Shown here one piece after another: positions 1-13,271 of a stretch of 64,000 bases of DNA. Origin of the DNA: Lysobacter sp. (GTDB taxonomy: Bacteria > Pseudomonadota > Gammaproteobacteria > Xanthomonadales > Xanthomonadaceae). The stretch lies in NCBI GenBank assembly GCA_036676275.1, contig JAKFDF010000064.1, positions 1,044-65,043 on the forward strand, given 5' to 3'. Below the pieces are notes generated by a model. It saw only the letters and a program-made list of their open reading frames with translations. It had not been told where the DNA came from and made no database searches. The position numbers and the translations under genes are program-made. Position 1 is the first letter of the stretch; the number at the start of each line of letters is the position of its first letter.

Positions 1-201
1 GTTGCGCTTCCGGTCGCCGTCCTTCTTGAAGTCGGTCTCGTACCAGCCGCTGCCCGAGAGCCGGAACGATGGCGCGGTCACCTGCCGTTCGACCGCGGGC
101 GCGCCGCACTCCGGGCACGCGGCCGGATCCGGGTCGGACAACTTCTGCAGGCGGTCGAAGTGGTGGCCGCAGGCGGCGCAGGCAAAGGCGTAGATCGGCA
201 T
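1..201 (-). CDS. FmdB family zinc-ribbon protein (runs off the window edge)
   Basis: Not in the ORF track; manual reverse-strand translation from ATG at 201 gives MPIYAFACAACGHHFDRLQKLSDPDPAACPECGAPAVERQVTAPSFRLSGSGWYETDFKK, with CxxC...CxxC and the typical GSGWYxTD motif. Confidence 0.85.
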   Translation of the reverse strand, partial: MPIYAFACAACGHHFDRLQKLSDPDPAACPECGAPAVERQVTAPSFRLSGSGWYETDFKKDGDRKRN

Positions 202-334
202 GGTGCAAAGGGAAACGCTGGAAACCGGCCTCCATTCTGGGGCCTGCGGCCACGCAATCAAGCCACCCGCGTCCATGCGCCGGCCTGCGCGGCGCCGGTT
301 AGACTCGGGCATCGATCCGATCCGGAGCCACGGC

Positions 335-1039
335 ATGTCCCAGAACGCCCCCCGCTCGATCATCGCCGCGCTGCTGCTCGCCCTCGGGTTGCTCGGTGCC
401 GGCTGGTTCGCGTCGCAGGGCATGGCGCGGCTGAAGACCCAGGACCGCTACGTCACGGTCAAGGGCTCGGCCGAGAAGATCGTCGACGCCGACCTGGTGG
501 TGTGGCCGCTGCCGCATTCGGTCGGCGGCAACGACCTGGCCGACGTGCAGCGCCAGCTCGACGCAAACACCGAAGCAATCCGCGCGTTCTTCGCGGATGC
601 CGGCTTCAAGCCCGCCGAAATCGGGGTCTCGCCGCCGCGGCTGGAGGATCGCTGGGCCTACGCCTACGGCGACAACCGGCCGCCGGAACGCTTCCGCTAC
701 GCGAACACCGTCAGCCTGCGCACCAACGACGTCGCCAAGGCGCTGGCCGCACTGCGCCGGAGCGGGCAGCTGGTCGGCCGCGGGGTGATGATCGGCGAAG
801 GCAGCACCCCCGACTTCGACTACACCAGGCTCAACGACATCAAGCCGGCGCTGATCGCCGAGGCCACCGCCAACGCGCGCGAATCGGCGCTGCAGTTCGC
901 CAAGGATTCCGGCGCGCGCCTGGGCGGCATCCGCAGCGCCAACCAGGGCGTGGTCACGATCAGCGAGCGCGACCAGAGCAGCCCGCAGGTGAAGAAGGTG
1001 CGGGTGGTGACGACGGTGGAATACTTCCTCAAGGATTGA
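335..1039 (+). CDS. SIMPL (DUF541) domain periplasmic/membrane-anchored protein
   Basis: N-terminal hydrophobic segment, then 'RYVTVKGSAEKIVDADLVVW' and C-terminal 'KKVRVVTTVEYFL'; start placed at MSQNAP (ATG 335). Confidence 0.8.
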   Translation: MSQNAPRSIIAALLLALGLLGAGWFASQGMARLKTQDRYVTVKGSAEKIVDADLVVWPLPHSVGGNDLADVQRQLDANTEAIRAFFADAGFKPAEIGVSPPRLEDRWAYAYGDNRPPERFRYANTVSLRTNDVAKALAALRRSGQLVGRGVMIGEGSTPDFDYTRLNDIKPALIAEATANARESALQFAKDSGARLGGIRSANQGVVTISERDQSSPQVKKVRVVTTVEYFLKD

Positions 1040-1052
1040 ATCGACGGCCGCC

Positions 1053-2270
1053 TCAGGTCGCGGATGGATCGCGCGACAGCGGGAGCCCGGCGCCGCCGCC
1101 CGCGGCCAGGTCTTCGGGGTGGCGCCACTCCCGCTCGTCGATCGGATCGACGTCGAAGGCCCCGTGCAGCACCAGCGACGGCAGCAGGGTGTTGAGCGTG
1201 GTGTACAGGATCAGGCCGCCGAACAGGGCGCCGGGAATGGCGAACTGCGCGTGCAGGATCTGCGCCAGCACCAGGGTGAACACCAGCGTCGGCGCCAGCG
1301 CCACCGACACCCGCAAGGTGCTCCGCTGCGACTCGCGGAACAGCACCCGGCGCTGCAGCCAGACCATCCCGACCCGCAGCGGCAACACGATCGCCGTGAT
1401 CACCAGTCCGGTGGCCAGCGCCTCCAGGCTCAGCGCGTCGCGCGAGACCTGGGTGCCGGCGTGGAAGAAGTAGAACGGCACGAAGAAGGTCGCGAACAGG
1501 CGCAGCGCACGGATGTTGTCGTGCGAGGCCAGCCGCGGCATGCGCTCGCGCAGCAGCCGCGCGGTCAGCCCGGCGATGAACGCACCGACCAGGTAATACA
1601 CGCCGAGCTTGAAGGTGACGTAGGCCGCGACCATGCCGACCATCACCAGCAACGAGAACTCCGATCCCGGGGCGTGCGGCATCACCCAGCGCCCCAGCGC
1701 GATGAACAGCAGCGGCAACCCCACCAGCAGCGCCAGCATCGCCAGCGACGCGGTGCCCAGTTGCAGCGGATCGCCGGCCTGCAGCACGACGAACAACGCG
1801 GCCAGCGCCAGCAGTTCGCCGGCGATCGCCTTGCTGGTGACCCAGAAGCGTTCCTCCTCGTCCAGGCCGAGGCGTTCCAGGGTGTCGAGGATGAAACCGG
1901 TCGAGGGCGTCAGCAGCGCCAGCGCCAGCAGCGTCGCCGCCTGCCAGCCCAGGTCCAGGTAGCGCCACCCCAGCCAGCCCACCGCGCCCAGCGATGCCAC
2001 CCGGATCGCGAGGTGCACCAGCAGCCGCCCGAGGCCGCGCCGCAGCGCCTGCAGCTCCACTTCCAGCCCCGCGAACAGGAACAGCGATGAAATCCCCAGC
2101 GCGGACAGCAGGATCACCACCGGGTCGTGGGTGCGGTCGCCCCACGCCAGCATCGCGCCGATGCCCAGCAGCAGGCAGGTGATCGGCGCCGGGATCTTGA
2201 GCCGTTGCAACGCGCGCGGGATCACCAGCAGGCCGAAGATCAGCAGCAGGTAGACCAGTTCGTTGCTCAT
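1053..2270 (-). CDS. Cation:proton antiporter (CPA2-like, Na+/H+ or K+/H+), no cytoplasmic regulatory domain
   Basis: About 12 hydrophobic helices; motifs 'FLFAGLEV', 'LTPSTGFI', 'AIAGELLAL', 'VGAFIAGL'; start MSNELVY at 2270. Confidence 0.75.
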   Translation of the reverse strand: MSNELVYLLLIFGLLVIPRALQRLKIPAPITCLLLGIGAMLAWGDRTHDPVVILLSALGISSLFLFAGLEVELQALRRGLGRLLVHLAIRVASLGAVGWLGWRYLDLGWQAATLLALALLTPSTGFILDTLERLGLDEEERFWVTSKAIAGELLALAALFVVLQAGDPLQLGTASLAMLALLVGLPLLFIALGRWVMPHAPGSEFSLLVMVGMVAAYVTFKLGVYYLVGAFIAGLTARLLRERMPRLASHDNIRALRLFATFFVPFYFFHAGTQVSRDALSLEALATGLVITAIVLPLRVGMVWLQRRVLFRESQRSTLRVSVALAPTLVFTLVLAQILHAQFAIPGALFGGLILYTTLNTLLPSLVLHGAFDVDPIDEREWRHPEDLAAGGGAGLPLSRDPSAT

Positions 2271-2416
2271 GCTATCCCTGCCCGGCAGCGGTTGCGGCAT
2301 GGTCGCGGCGCGGCGCGGCGATGGCAAGCATGGGGGCGCGATCGCATGCGCGCACTGCCGGCCCACCGAACCGGCGTGCCGCATGCCCAGGCACGCTGGT
2401 GCCGGTCCACGGCGCT

Positions 2417-4303
<1,887 letters not shown>

Positions 4304-4451
4304 CCGGCCATTGTAACGGGTCGGTCCGGTGCGGCCGGGCTGCATCCGGATCGCCCTGACCGGTCGCGCGCCGCACCACGGGCGCTGCAGGACGCCTGAA
4401 GCGGCCGCCGCCTTCACCCCGATGCCGGGCCGCTGCCGATAGCGTGCCGGG

Positions 4452-5666
4452 ATGGACCTGAAAAGCGGTTACCCGTTCTGGGCGGTGCGCAACGGGCTGC
4501 TGCATGCCTTTCCGCCGCTGCAGCGCGACCTGCGTTGCGACGTGGCGGTGCTCGGCGGCGGCATCAGCGGTGCGCTGATCGCCGACGAACTGGCCGCGCA
4601 CGGCCACGAGGTCGTGGTGATCGACCGCCGCGACGTCGGCTGGGGCAGCACCGCGGCCAGCACCGCGTTGCTGCAATACGAGATCGACACGCCGATGACC
4701 GAGCTGGCCAGGCGCCATGGCGAAGCCGACGCCGTGCTCGCCTACCGCAGTTGCGCCGAGGCCATCGGCATGCTGCGGGCCAGGGCAGCGGACGTGCGCG
4801 ATGTCGGCTTCGCGCGCGCGCACAGCCTGTATTACGCCAGCAAGCGCCGGCACGCGAAGGCGCTGCGCGGGGAATTCGACCTGCGTTCGCGCCATGGCTT
4901 CGATGTCGCCTGGCTGGAAGCCGGCGCCGTCCGGGAACGCTATGGATTCGATGCGCCCGGCGCGATCCTCAGCCGCGTCGCCGCGCGCATGGATCCCTAC
5001 CGGATGGCCTACCGCCTGCTGGCGCGATTGCAGGAGCGCGGCGCCGGCGTGTTCGACCGCACCGCGATCGAACACGTGCAGGCCACGCCGCGCGGCGTCA
5101 CCCTGTCCACGCCGGAAGGCTGCCGCGTCGCCGCGCGGTACGTGGTGCTGGCCTCCGGCTATGAAAGCCAGCAGTGGCTGGACCAGCGCGTGGCCCGCAA
5201 CCGCAGCAGCTACGCCTTCGTCTCCGACCCGATCGAACGCGCCGCGCTCGGCCCGCTGGCCAGGACTCTGTTCTGGGAAACGGCGCGCCCCTACCTGTAC
5301 CTGCGCAGCACCGGCGACGGCCGCGTGCTGGTCGGCGGCGCGGACGACGCGATCGACATCCCCGCGCGCCGCGACGCCCGCGTCGACGCCAAGGCACGCA
5401 AGCTGCTGCGCCAGGCGCTGGAACTGTTCCAGGGATTGCCGCTGGTGCCCGCGTTCGCCTGGGCCGGCACCTTCGCCGAGACCGCCGATGGGCTGCCGTT
5501 CTTCGGCCCGCATCCGCAACATGGCCCGCGGATCCTGTTCGCGATGGCCTACGGCGGCAATGGCATCACCTACAGCATGCTCGGTGCCGGCCTGCTGCGG
5601 GCCCTGATCGAGCGCCGGCGGCACCCGTTGGCCGCGCTGTTCTCGTTTTCGCGGCTGCAGCGCTGA
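4452..5666 (+). CDS. FAD-dependent oxidoreductase (DAO/DadA-PuuB-like family)
   Basis: Rossmann motif 'DVAVLGGGISG', 'GSTAASTALLQYEID', 'WAGTFAETADGLP', 'YGGNGIT'. Confidence 0.8.
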   Translation: MDLKSGYPFWAVRNGLLHAFPPLQRDLRCDVAVLGGGISGALIADELAAHGHEVVVIDRRDVGWGSTAASTALLQYEIDTPMTELARRHGEADAVLAYRSCAEAIGMLRARAADVRDVGFARAHSLYYASKRRHAKALRGEFDLRSRHGFDVAWLEAGAVRERYGFDAPGAILSRVAARMDPYRMAYRLLARLQERGAGVFDRTAIEHVQATPRGVTLSTPEGCRVAARYVVLASGYESQQWLDQRVARNRSSYAFVSDPIERAALGPLARTLFWETARPYLYLRSTGDGRVLVGGADDAIDIPARRDARVDAKARKLLRQALELFQGLPLVPAFAWAGTFAETADGLPFFGPHPQHGPRILFAMAYGGNGITYSMLGAGLLRALIERRRHPLAALFSFSRLQR

Positions 5667-5761
5667 CTTCGCCGGCATCCACCGCCGGTATCGGCGGAAA
5701 TCGTTTGCGCGGGCACGGCCGCAGCGGCGACACTCCCTGCCTGCCCCTGCACGGATGACGG

Positions 5762-7429
5762 ATGCCGCACCACACCTCGCTGATCGCCATGCTCGTGTTC
5801 GGCTTCGTGCTGGCCTTCGTGCTGGGCGCGCTGGCCAACCGGCTGCGGCTGTCGCCGCTGGTGGGTTACCTGCTGGCGGGGGTGCTGGCCGGACCGTTCA
5901 CGCCGGGCTTCGTCGGCGATGCCGAGATCGCGCCGCAACTGGCCGAGATCGGCGTGATCCTGCTGATGTTCGGGGTCGGCCTGCATTTCTCGCTGCGCGA
6001 CCTGATGTCGGTGCGCAACATCGCCATACCCGGCGCGATCGCGCAGATCGCGGTGGCCACCGTGCTGGGCTGGGGCCTGTCCCAGCTGATGGGCTGGTCG
6101 CACGTGCAGGGCCTGGTGTTCGGGTTCTCGCTGGCCACCGCCAGCACCGTGGTGCTGCTGCGCGCGATGGAGCAGCGACGGCTGCTGGACACGCGTCGCG
6201 GCAAGATCGCGGTCGGCTGGCTGATCGTCGAGGACCTGGCCTGCGTGCTGGCGCTGGTGCTGATCCCGGCACTGGCCGGCGCCCTCGATGGCGGCGGCCA
6301 GTCCGCGGCCGGCATCGGGATGGCGCTGGCGATCACCCTCGGCAAGGTGGTCGCGTTCGTGGTGTTCATGCTGGTGGTCGGGCGCAGGGCGATCCCGTGG
6401 ATCCTGCAGCGCACCGCCGGCACCGGCTCGCGCGAGCTTTTCACGCTGGCGGTGCTGGCGATCGCGATGGGGGTGGCGTTCGGCTCGGCCGAGCTGTTCG
6501 GGGTGTCGTTCGCGCTCGGCGCGTTCTTCGCCGGCATGCTGCTGAACGAATCGGAGTTCAGCCACCAGGCGGCGCAGGATTCGCTGCCGATGCGCGACGC
6601 GTTCGCGGTGTTGTTCTTCGTCTCGGTGGGCATGTTGTTCGACCCGAACATCCTGGTCCAGCACCCGTGGCAGGTGCTGGCCACCACGCTGATCATCGTG
6701 TTCGGCAAGTCGGCGGCGGCCTACGTGATCGTGCGCGCGTTCGGGCATCCGAACGCGACCGCGCTGACCATCTCCACCAGCCTGGCGCAGATCGGCGAGT
6801 TCGCCTTCATCATCGCCGGCCTCGGGTTGACGCTCGGGATCCTGCCCAAGGACGGACACAGCCTGGTGCTCGCCGGCGCGCTGATCTCGATCATGCTCAA
6901 CCCGATCCTGTTCATGGTGCTGGACCGCTGGCAGGCGCGCGAGGATGCGCGGGCGCTGCGCGACGTGCCGCCGGAGCCGGACGTGGTGCCGATGGACATC
7001 GGCGGGCACGCGATCGTGATCGGCTACGGCCGTGTCGGCAGCCAGCTGGCCAGGTTGCTGCACGAACGCGGCGTGCCGGTGGTGGTGATCGAGGACGATG
7101 CCGACCTGGTGGCCCAGGCCCGCGCCAACGGATTGCCGGCGGTCCGCGGCAACGCCGCGAGCAAGCGGGTGATGCTGGAGGCCGCACCGGAACGCGCCAA
7201 GCTGGCGGTGTTCGCGATCCCGCAGGCGCTGGAAGCCGGCGAAACGATCGCCCGGCTGAAGGCGCTCAACCCCGCGATCACGGTGCTGGCGCGGGCGCAC
7301 AGCGAAGCACAGGTGCGGCACCTGCTGGCGCACGGCGCCGACGCCGCGGTGCTGGCGGAGCGTGAGCTCGCCTATTCCCTCGCCGAGATGGTCATGGCGA
7401 CTCCGCCCTACCGGCCCGCGCGCGCGTAA
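5762..7429 (+). CDS. ybaL: YbaL/RosB-like CPA2 K+ efflux transporter with TrkA-N (RCK) domain
   Basis: 'LAEIGVILLMFGVGLHFS', 'STVVLLRA', 'IVEDL', then RCK domain 'HAIVIGYGRVG'. Confidence 0.85.
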   Translation: MPHHTSLIAMLVFGFVLAFVLGALANRLRLSPLVGYLLAGVLAGPFTPGFVGDAEIAPQLAEIGVILLMFGVGLHFSLRDLMSVRNIAIPGAIAQIAVATVLGWGLSQLMGWSHVQGLVFGFSLATASTVVLLRAMEQRRLLDTRRGKIAVGWLIVEDLACVLALVLIPALAGALDGGGQSAAGIGMALAITLGKVVAFVVFMLVVGRRAIPWILQRTAGTGSRELFTLAVLAIAMGVAFGSAELFGVSFALGAFFAGMLLNESEFSHQAAQDSLPMRDAFAVLFFVSVGMLFDPNILVQHPWQVLATTLIIVFGKSAAAYVIVRAFGHPNATALTISTSLAQIGEFAFIIAGLGLTLGILPKDGHSLVLAGALISIMLNPILFMVLDRWQAREDARALRDVPPEPDVVPMDIGGHAIVIGYGRVGSQLARLLHERGVPVVVIEDDADLVAQARANGLPAVRGNAASKRVMLEAAPERAKLAVFAIPQALEAGETIARLKALNPAITVLARAHSEAQVRHLLAHGADAAVLAERELAYSLAEMVMATPPYRPARA

Positions 7430-7563
7430 CGTCGCCCGGAACTTCGGCGGGGCGTCCGCGGCAGCGGGCTTCGGTTACCCGAAGCGGGACATCCTGGTGC
7501 GACGGGCCAGGAGAGCGCGGGCTTCAGGCGCCCCTCGCGAAGATCCGTGGCCCGGCTTCCGGA

Positions 7564-10149
<2,586 letters not shown>

Positions 10150-10203
10150 GCGCATGGGTGGGTCTCCGGAAGGGAGGGGGCGGCCGGGCCGGCGCTAGCG
10201 TGG

Positions 10204-10231
10204 AGATGCGGGCGTGAAACGCGGATGCAAG
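10204..10231 (-). promoter_or_regulatory. Candidate sigma32 (RpoH) promoter of clpB
   Basis: Minus strand CTTGCA (10231-10226), 14-nt spacer, CCGCATCT (10211-10204), compared with RpoH consensus CTTGAA-N13-15-CCCCATnT. Confidence 0.55.
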
Positions 10232-10314
10232 TCGCCCCTCCCCAAGCGGCCGTTGCCCGACACCGTCGGCGTTATGACGGCATAGATCCCGCCCTTGGCG
10301 GCCATCGGGGTGCC

Positions 10315-12405
10315 ATGTCCTTCGTCGCCGAACTCAAGCAGCGCAAGGTCATCCGGGTGGCGATGGTCTACCTGGTGGTGGCCTGGGTGGCAGTCCAGGC
10401 GGCCTCGATCGCCTTGCCCGCCTTCGACGCGCCGCCCTGGGCGTTGCGGGTCGTGATCCTGCTGTTCGCGCTCGGCTTCCCGCTGGCGCTGCTGCTGACC
10501 TGGGCGCTGGAACTGACGCCGGAAGGCATCCGCGTCGCCACCGGCGGCATCGGCAGCAAGCGCATGGCCGGCGCGGCAGCGGTGCTGATGGCGCTGGCGG
10601 TCGGCTGGTACTACTACGGCCAGCCGGCGTTTCGGGGAGACGAGGACAACATCGCCCAGCGCTCGATCGCGGTGCTGCCGCTGGTCAACATGAGCGGCGA
10701 CCCGGACAACGATTATTTCTCCGACGGCCTGGCCGAGACCATGCTCGACATGCTGGCGCAGGTACCGGACCTGAAGGTGATCGCGCGCACCTCGTCGTTC
10801 GCGTTCAAGGGCAAGGCCGAGGACGTGCGCCGGATCGGCAAGGCGCTGGGCGCGGCGCACCTGCTGGAGGGCAGCGTGCAGCAGGCCGGCAACACCCTGC
10901 GCATCACCGTGCAGCTGGTGCGCAGCAGCGACGGCTCGCACGTCTGGTCGCAGCAGTACGATCGTCCGATCGCCGACGTCTTCAAGGTCCAGGACGAGGT
11001 CGCGACCGAAGTGGTGCGCGCGCTGCAGGTCTCGCTGCCGGCGGCCGGGCGCGAACACCTGCTGCGCAAGCGCACCGACAACGTCGCCGCCTACCGTGAG
11101 TACCTCAAGGGCAACGCGCTGCTGCCGGGGCGCCAGGTCTCGGCGATGCGCCGGGCGCTGGGCCATTTCGAGCGCGCGGTGGCGCTGGATCCGGGCTATG
11201 CCCGCGCCCATGTCGGCATCAGCGACGCCATCGGCCTGATCGGCGAATACGCGAGCGTCACCACCGCGGAACGCGAACGGGCCGACCGCGCCCTCGCGCG
11301 CGCACTCGAGCTGGCCCCGGACCTGGGCGAGGCGCATGCCGCGCGCGGCGCGCAACTGCAGCGGCTCGGCGACACCGGCGGCGCCGAGCGCGAGTACAAG
11401 CGCGGGGTCGAGCTGGCGCCCGGGTACGCCACCGCCTGGCAGTGGTACGCCGAGCTGGTGCTGTTCGAGCTGGGCGAACCGGACCGGGCACTGCCGATGT
11501 TCCAGCGCGCCGTGGTGCTGGATCCGCTGTCGCCGATCATCCGCGACATGTACGCGACCGCGCTGGTCGCGGCCGGTCGCCTCGACGAAGGCGAAGCCGA
11601 GAACGCGCGCCTGCTGGCCGATCATCCGGGTTTCGCCCATGCCTACGACACGCTGTCGCGCGTGCGCTCCGCGCGCGGGGACCTGGCCGGGGCATTGCGG
11701 GCGCTGAACCGGGAGTTCGCCCTGGATCCGTCCGCGATCGCCCGTCGCTACGATCGCTGCATGCTGCTGCTGGATTTCGGCGCGCTTGCCGAAGCGAAGG
11801 CATGCGCGCACGAGGCCATGGCGCGCGATCCCGGGTCCAATCGATCGCTGCAGGCGCAGGCCATGCTGCAATCGATGGAGGGCGATTTCGCGGCCGCGCT
11901 GGCCACCATCGAGGCGACGCCGAACCCCAGCCCATGGGCCCGGGCGATGCTGTTGCTCGCCAACGCGCGCGATGCCGAGGCGCTCGCCGTCCTGCGGGCC
12001 GCGGCGCCCGGGTATTTCGCGCCGGCCGCCGACCAGGCACAAGGCGCCTATGCCAGCGATCCGGTCCTGGTCGGCGCGGCGCTGTTGCGCAACGGTGCCA
12101 CCGCCCGCGGCCAGGCCGTGCTGCGACAGGCGCTGCAGGCCAACGCGCGGCGCCCCCCGGCCGGCCTGTTCGGGCGGCAATGGTGGGACGCCTATGTCCA
12201 CGTGCTGCTGGACGAGCCGGACCTCGCCTGCAGGGCGCTGCGCGAGGCCGCCGACGGCGGGTACTTCCTGGGCATCGCCATGCTCGACGCCGATCCGCTG
12301 CTCTCCGGCCTGCGCGCGCGCCCGTGCTATCGGCAGAGCCTGGCTGCGGCGCGCGCCAGGGCCGCCGCGCAAGTCGAGGCCGCCCGGAAAGCCAGGCTGA
12401 TTTGA
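10315..12405 (+). CDS. Inner-membrane-anchored TolB-N-like/TPR protein of unknown function
   Basis: Real start MSFVAELKQRK at 10315. Three TM helices, 'SIAVLPLVNMSGDPDNDYFSDGLAE...LKVIARTSSFAFKG...LLEGSVQ' module, then multiple TPRs; no cyclase or kinase domain. Confidence 0.8.
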   Translation: MSFVAELKQRKVIRVAMVYLVVAWVAVQAASIALPAFDAPPWALRVVILLFALGFPLALLLTWALELTPEGIRVATGGIGSKRMAGAAAVLMALAVGWYYYGQPAFRGDEDNIAQRSIAVLPLVNMSGDPDNDYFSDGLAETMLDMLAQVPDLKVIARTSSFAFKGKAEDVRRIGKALGAAHLLEGSVQQAGNTLRITVQLVRSSDGSHVWSQQYDRPIADVFKVQDEVATEVVRALQVSLPAAGREHLLRKRTDNVAAYREYLKGNALLPGRQVSAMRRALGHFERAVALDPGYARAHVGISDAIGLIGEYASVTTAERERADRALARALELAPDLGEAHAARGAQLQRLGDTGGAEREYKRGVELAPGYATAWQWYAELVLFELGEPDRALPMFQRAVVLDPLSPIIRDMYATALVAAGRLDEGEAENARLLADHPGFAHAYDTLSRVRSARGDLAGALRALNREFALDPSAIARRYDRCMLLLDFGALAEAKACAHEAMARDPGSNRSLQAQAMLQSMEGDFAAALATIEATPNPSPWARAMLLLANARDAEALAVLRAAAPGYFAPAADQAQGAYASDPVLVGAALLRNGATARGQAVLRQALQANARRPPAGLFGRQWWDAYVHVLLDEPDLACRALREAADGGYFLGIAMLDADPLLSGLRARPCYRQSLAAARARAAAQVEAARKARLI

Positions 12406-12494
12406 CGGAACCGGTGTCATGACGCGTCGCGGCAATCGCGCGATGCAAACGCATGTGAACCCTTCGATAACGCGGCATTGCCCACAATGCGCCG

Positions 12495-13271
12495 ATGAAT
12501 GCGCGCCGCGATCCACCACGACCGCGTCCACCGGCCCCTGCCGACGACTGGGCCCTGTTCCTTGACGTGGACGGGTGCCTGCTCGATTTCGCCGATGCCC
12601 CCGGCATGGTGGCCGTCCCGGAGGCCTTGCACGCGACGCTGGAGGCATTGGCGCGACGCCTGCAGGGCGCGCTTGCGTTGGTCAGCGGCCGCCCGATCGC
12701 CGGGATCGACGCGCTGTTCGCGCCGTTGCAGTTGCCGGCCGCCGGACTGCACGGGCTCGAACGCCGCAATGCGGACCTCGAGGTAGCCGCGCCGCAGCCC
12801 CCGCCGGCGCTGGCGGCGATCCACGGCGAAGCCGCCAGGATCGCGCAGGCGTACCCGGGCGCCCTGGTCGAGGACAAGGGCGTGGCGCTGGGACTGCACT
12901 GGCGCATGGCACCAGGCGCGCGAGACGCGCTGCGCGCGTTCGCGCAAGCCGCGTTGCCGCGCCTGCCGGGCTATCGCCTGCAGCATGGCGACCACGTGGT
13001 GGAACTGCGCCCGGCCAGCGGCGACAAGGGCATGGCGATCCGCGCCCTGCTCGAGGAATCGCCGTTCCGCGGCCGGGTGCCGGTATTCGCCGGGGACGAC
13101 TTCACCGACGAAAGCGGTTTCGCCGTGGTCAACGCCAGGGGCGGCCACAGCGTGCTGGTCGGTGCGCGCGAACCCAGTGCCGCGCATTACGCGCTGCGCG
13201 ACCCGGCCGCGGTGCGCAGATGGCTCGATGCGGCCGGACCCGGCCTGGGCAACGGAGGCAATGCAGAGTGA
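12495..13271 (+). CDS. otsB: Trehalose-6-phosphate phosphatase
   Basis: HAD motif I 'LFLDVDGCL', 'LVSGR', 'DKG', 'FAGDDFTDE'; adjacent to otsA. Confidence 0.93.
   Translation: MNARRDPPRPRPPAPADDWALFLDVDGCLLDFADAPGMVAVPEALHATLEALARRLQGALALVSGRPIAGIDALFAPLQLPAAGLHGLERRNADLEVAAPQPPPALAAIHGEAARIAQAYPGALVEDKGVALGLHWRMAPGARDALRAFAQAALPRLPGYRLQHGDHVVELRPASGDKGMAIRALLEESPFRGRVPVFAGDDFTDESGFAVVNARGGHSVLVGAREPSAAHYALRDPAAVRRWLDAAGPGLGNGGNAE

Noticed and set aside
7468-7485. Hairpin GCTTCGG-TTAC-CCGAAGC between convergent ybaL and clpB
   Set aside because: No U tract on either strand; cannot be supported as an intrinsic terminator
12575-13267. N-terminal extension of the GH15 ORF; similar extensions on metB (to 41947), M23 (from 41793), pgeF, cytochrome b561 and mtgA
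   Set aside because: They overlap neighbouring real genes in another frame and have low-complexity high-GC composition
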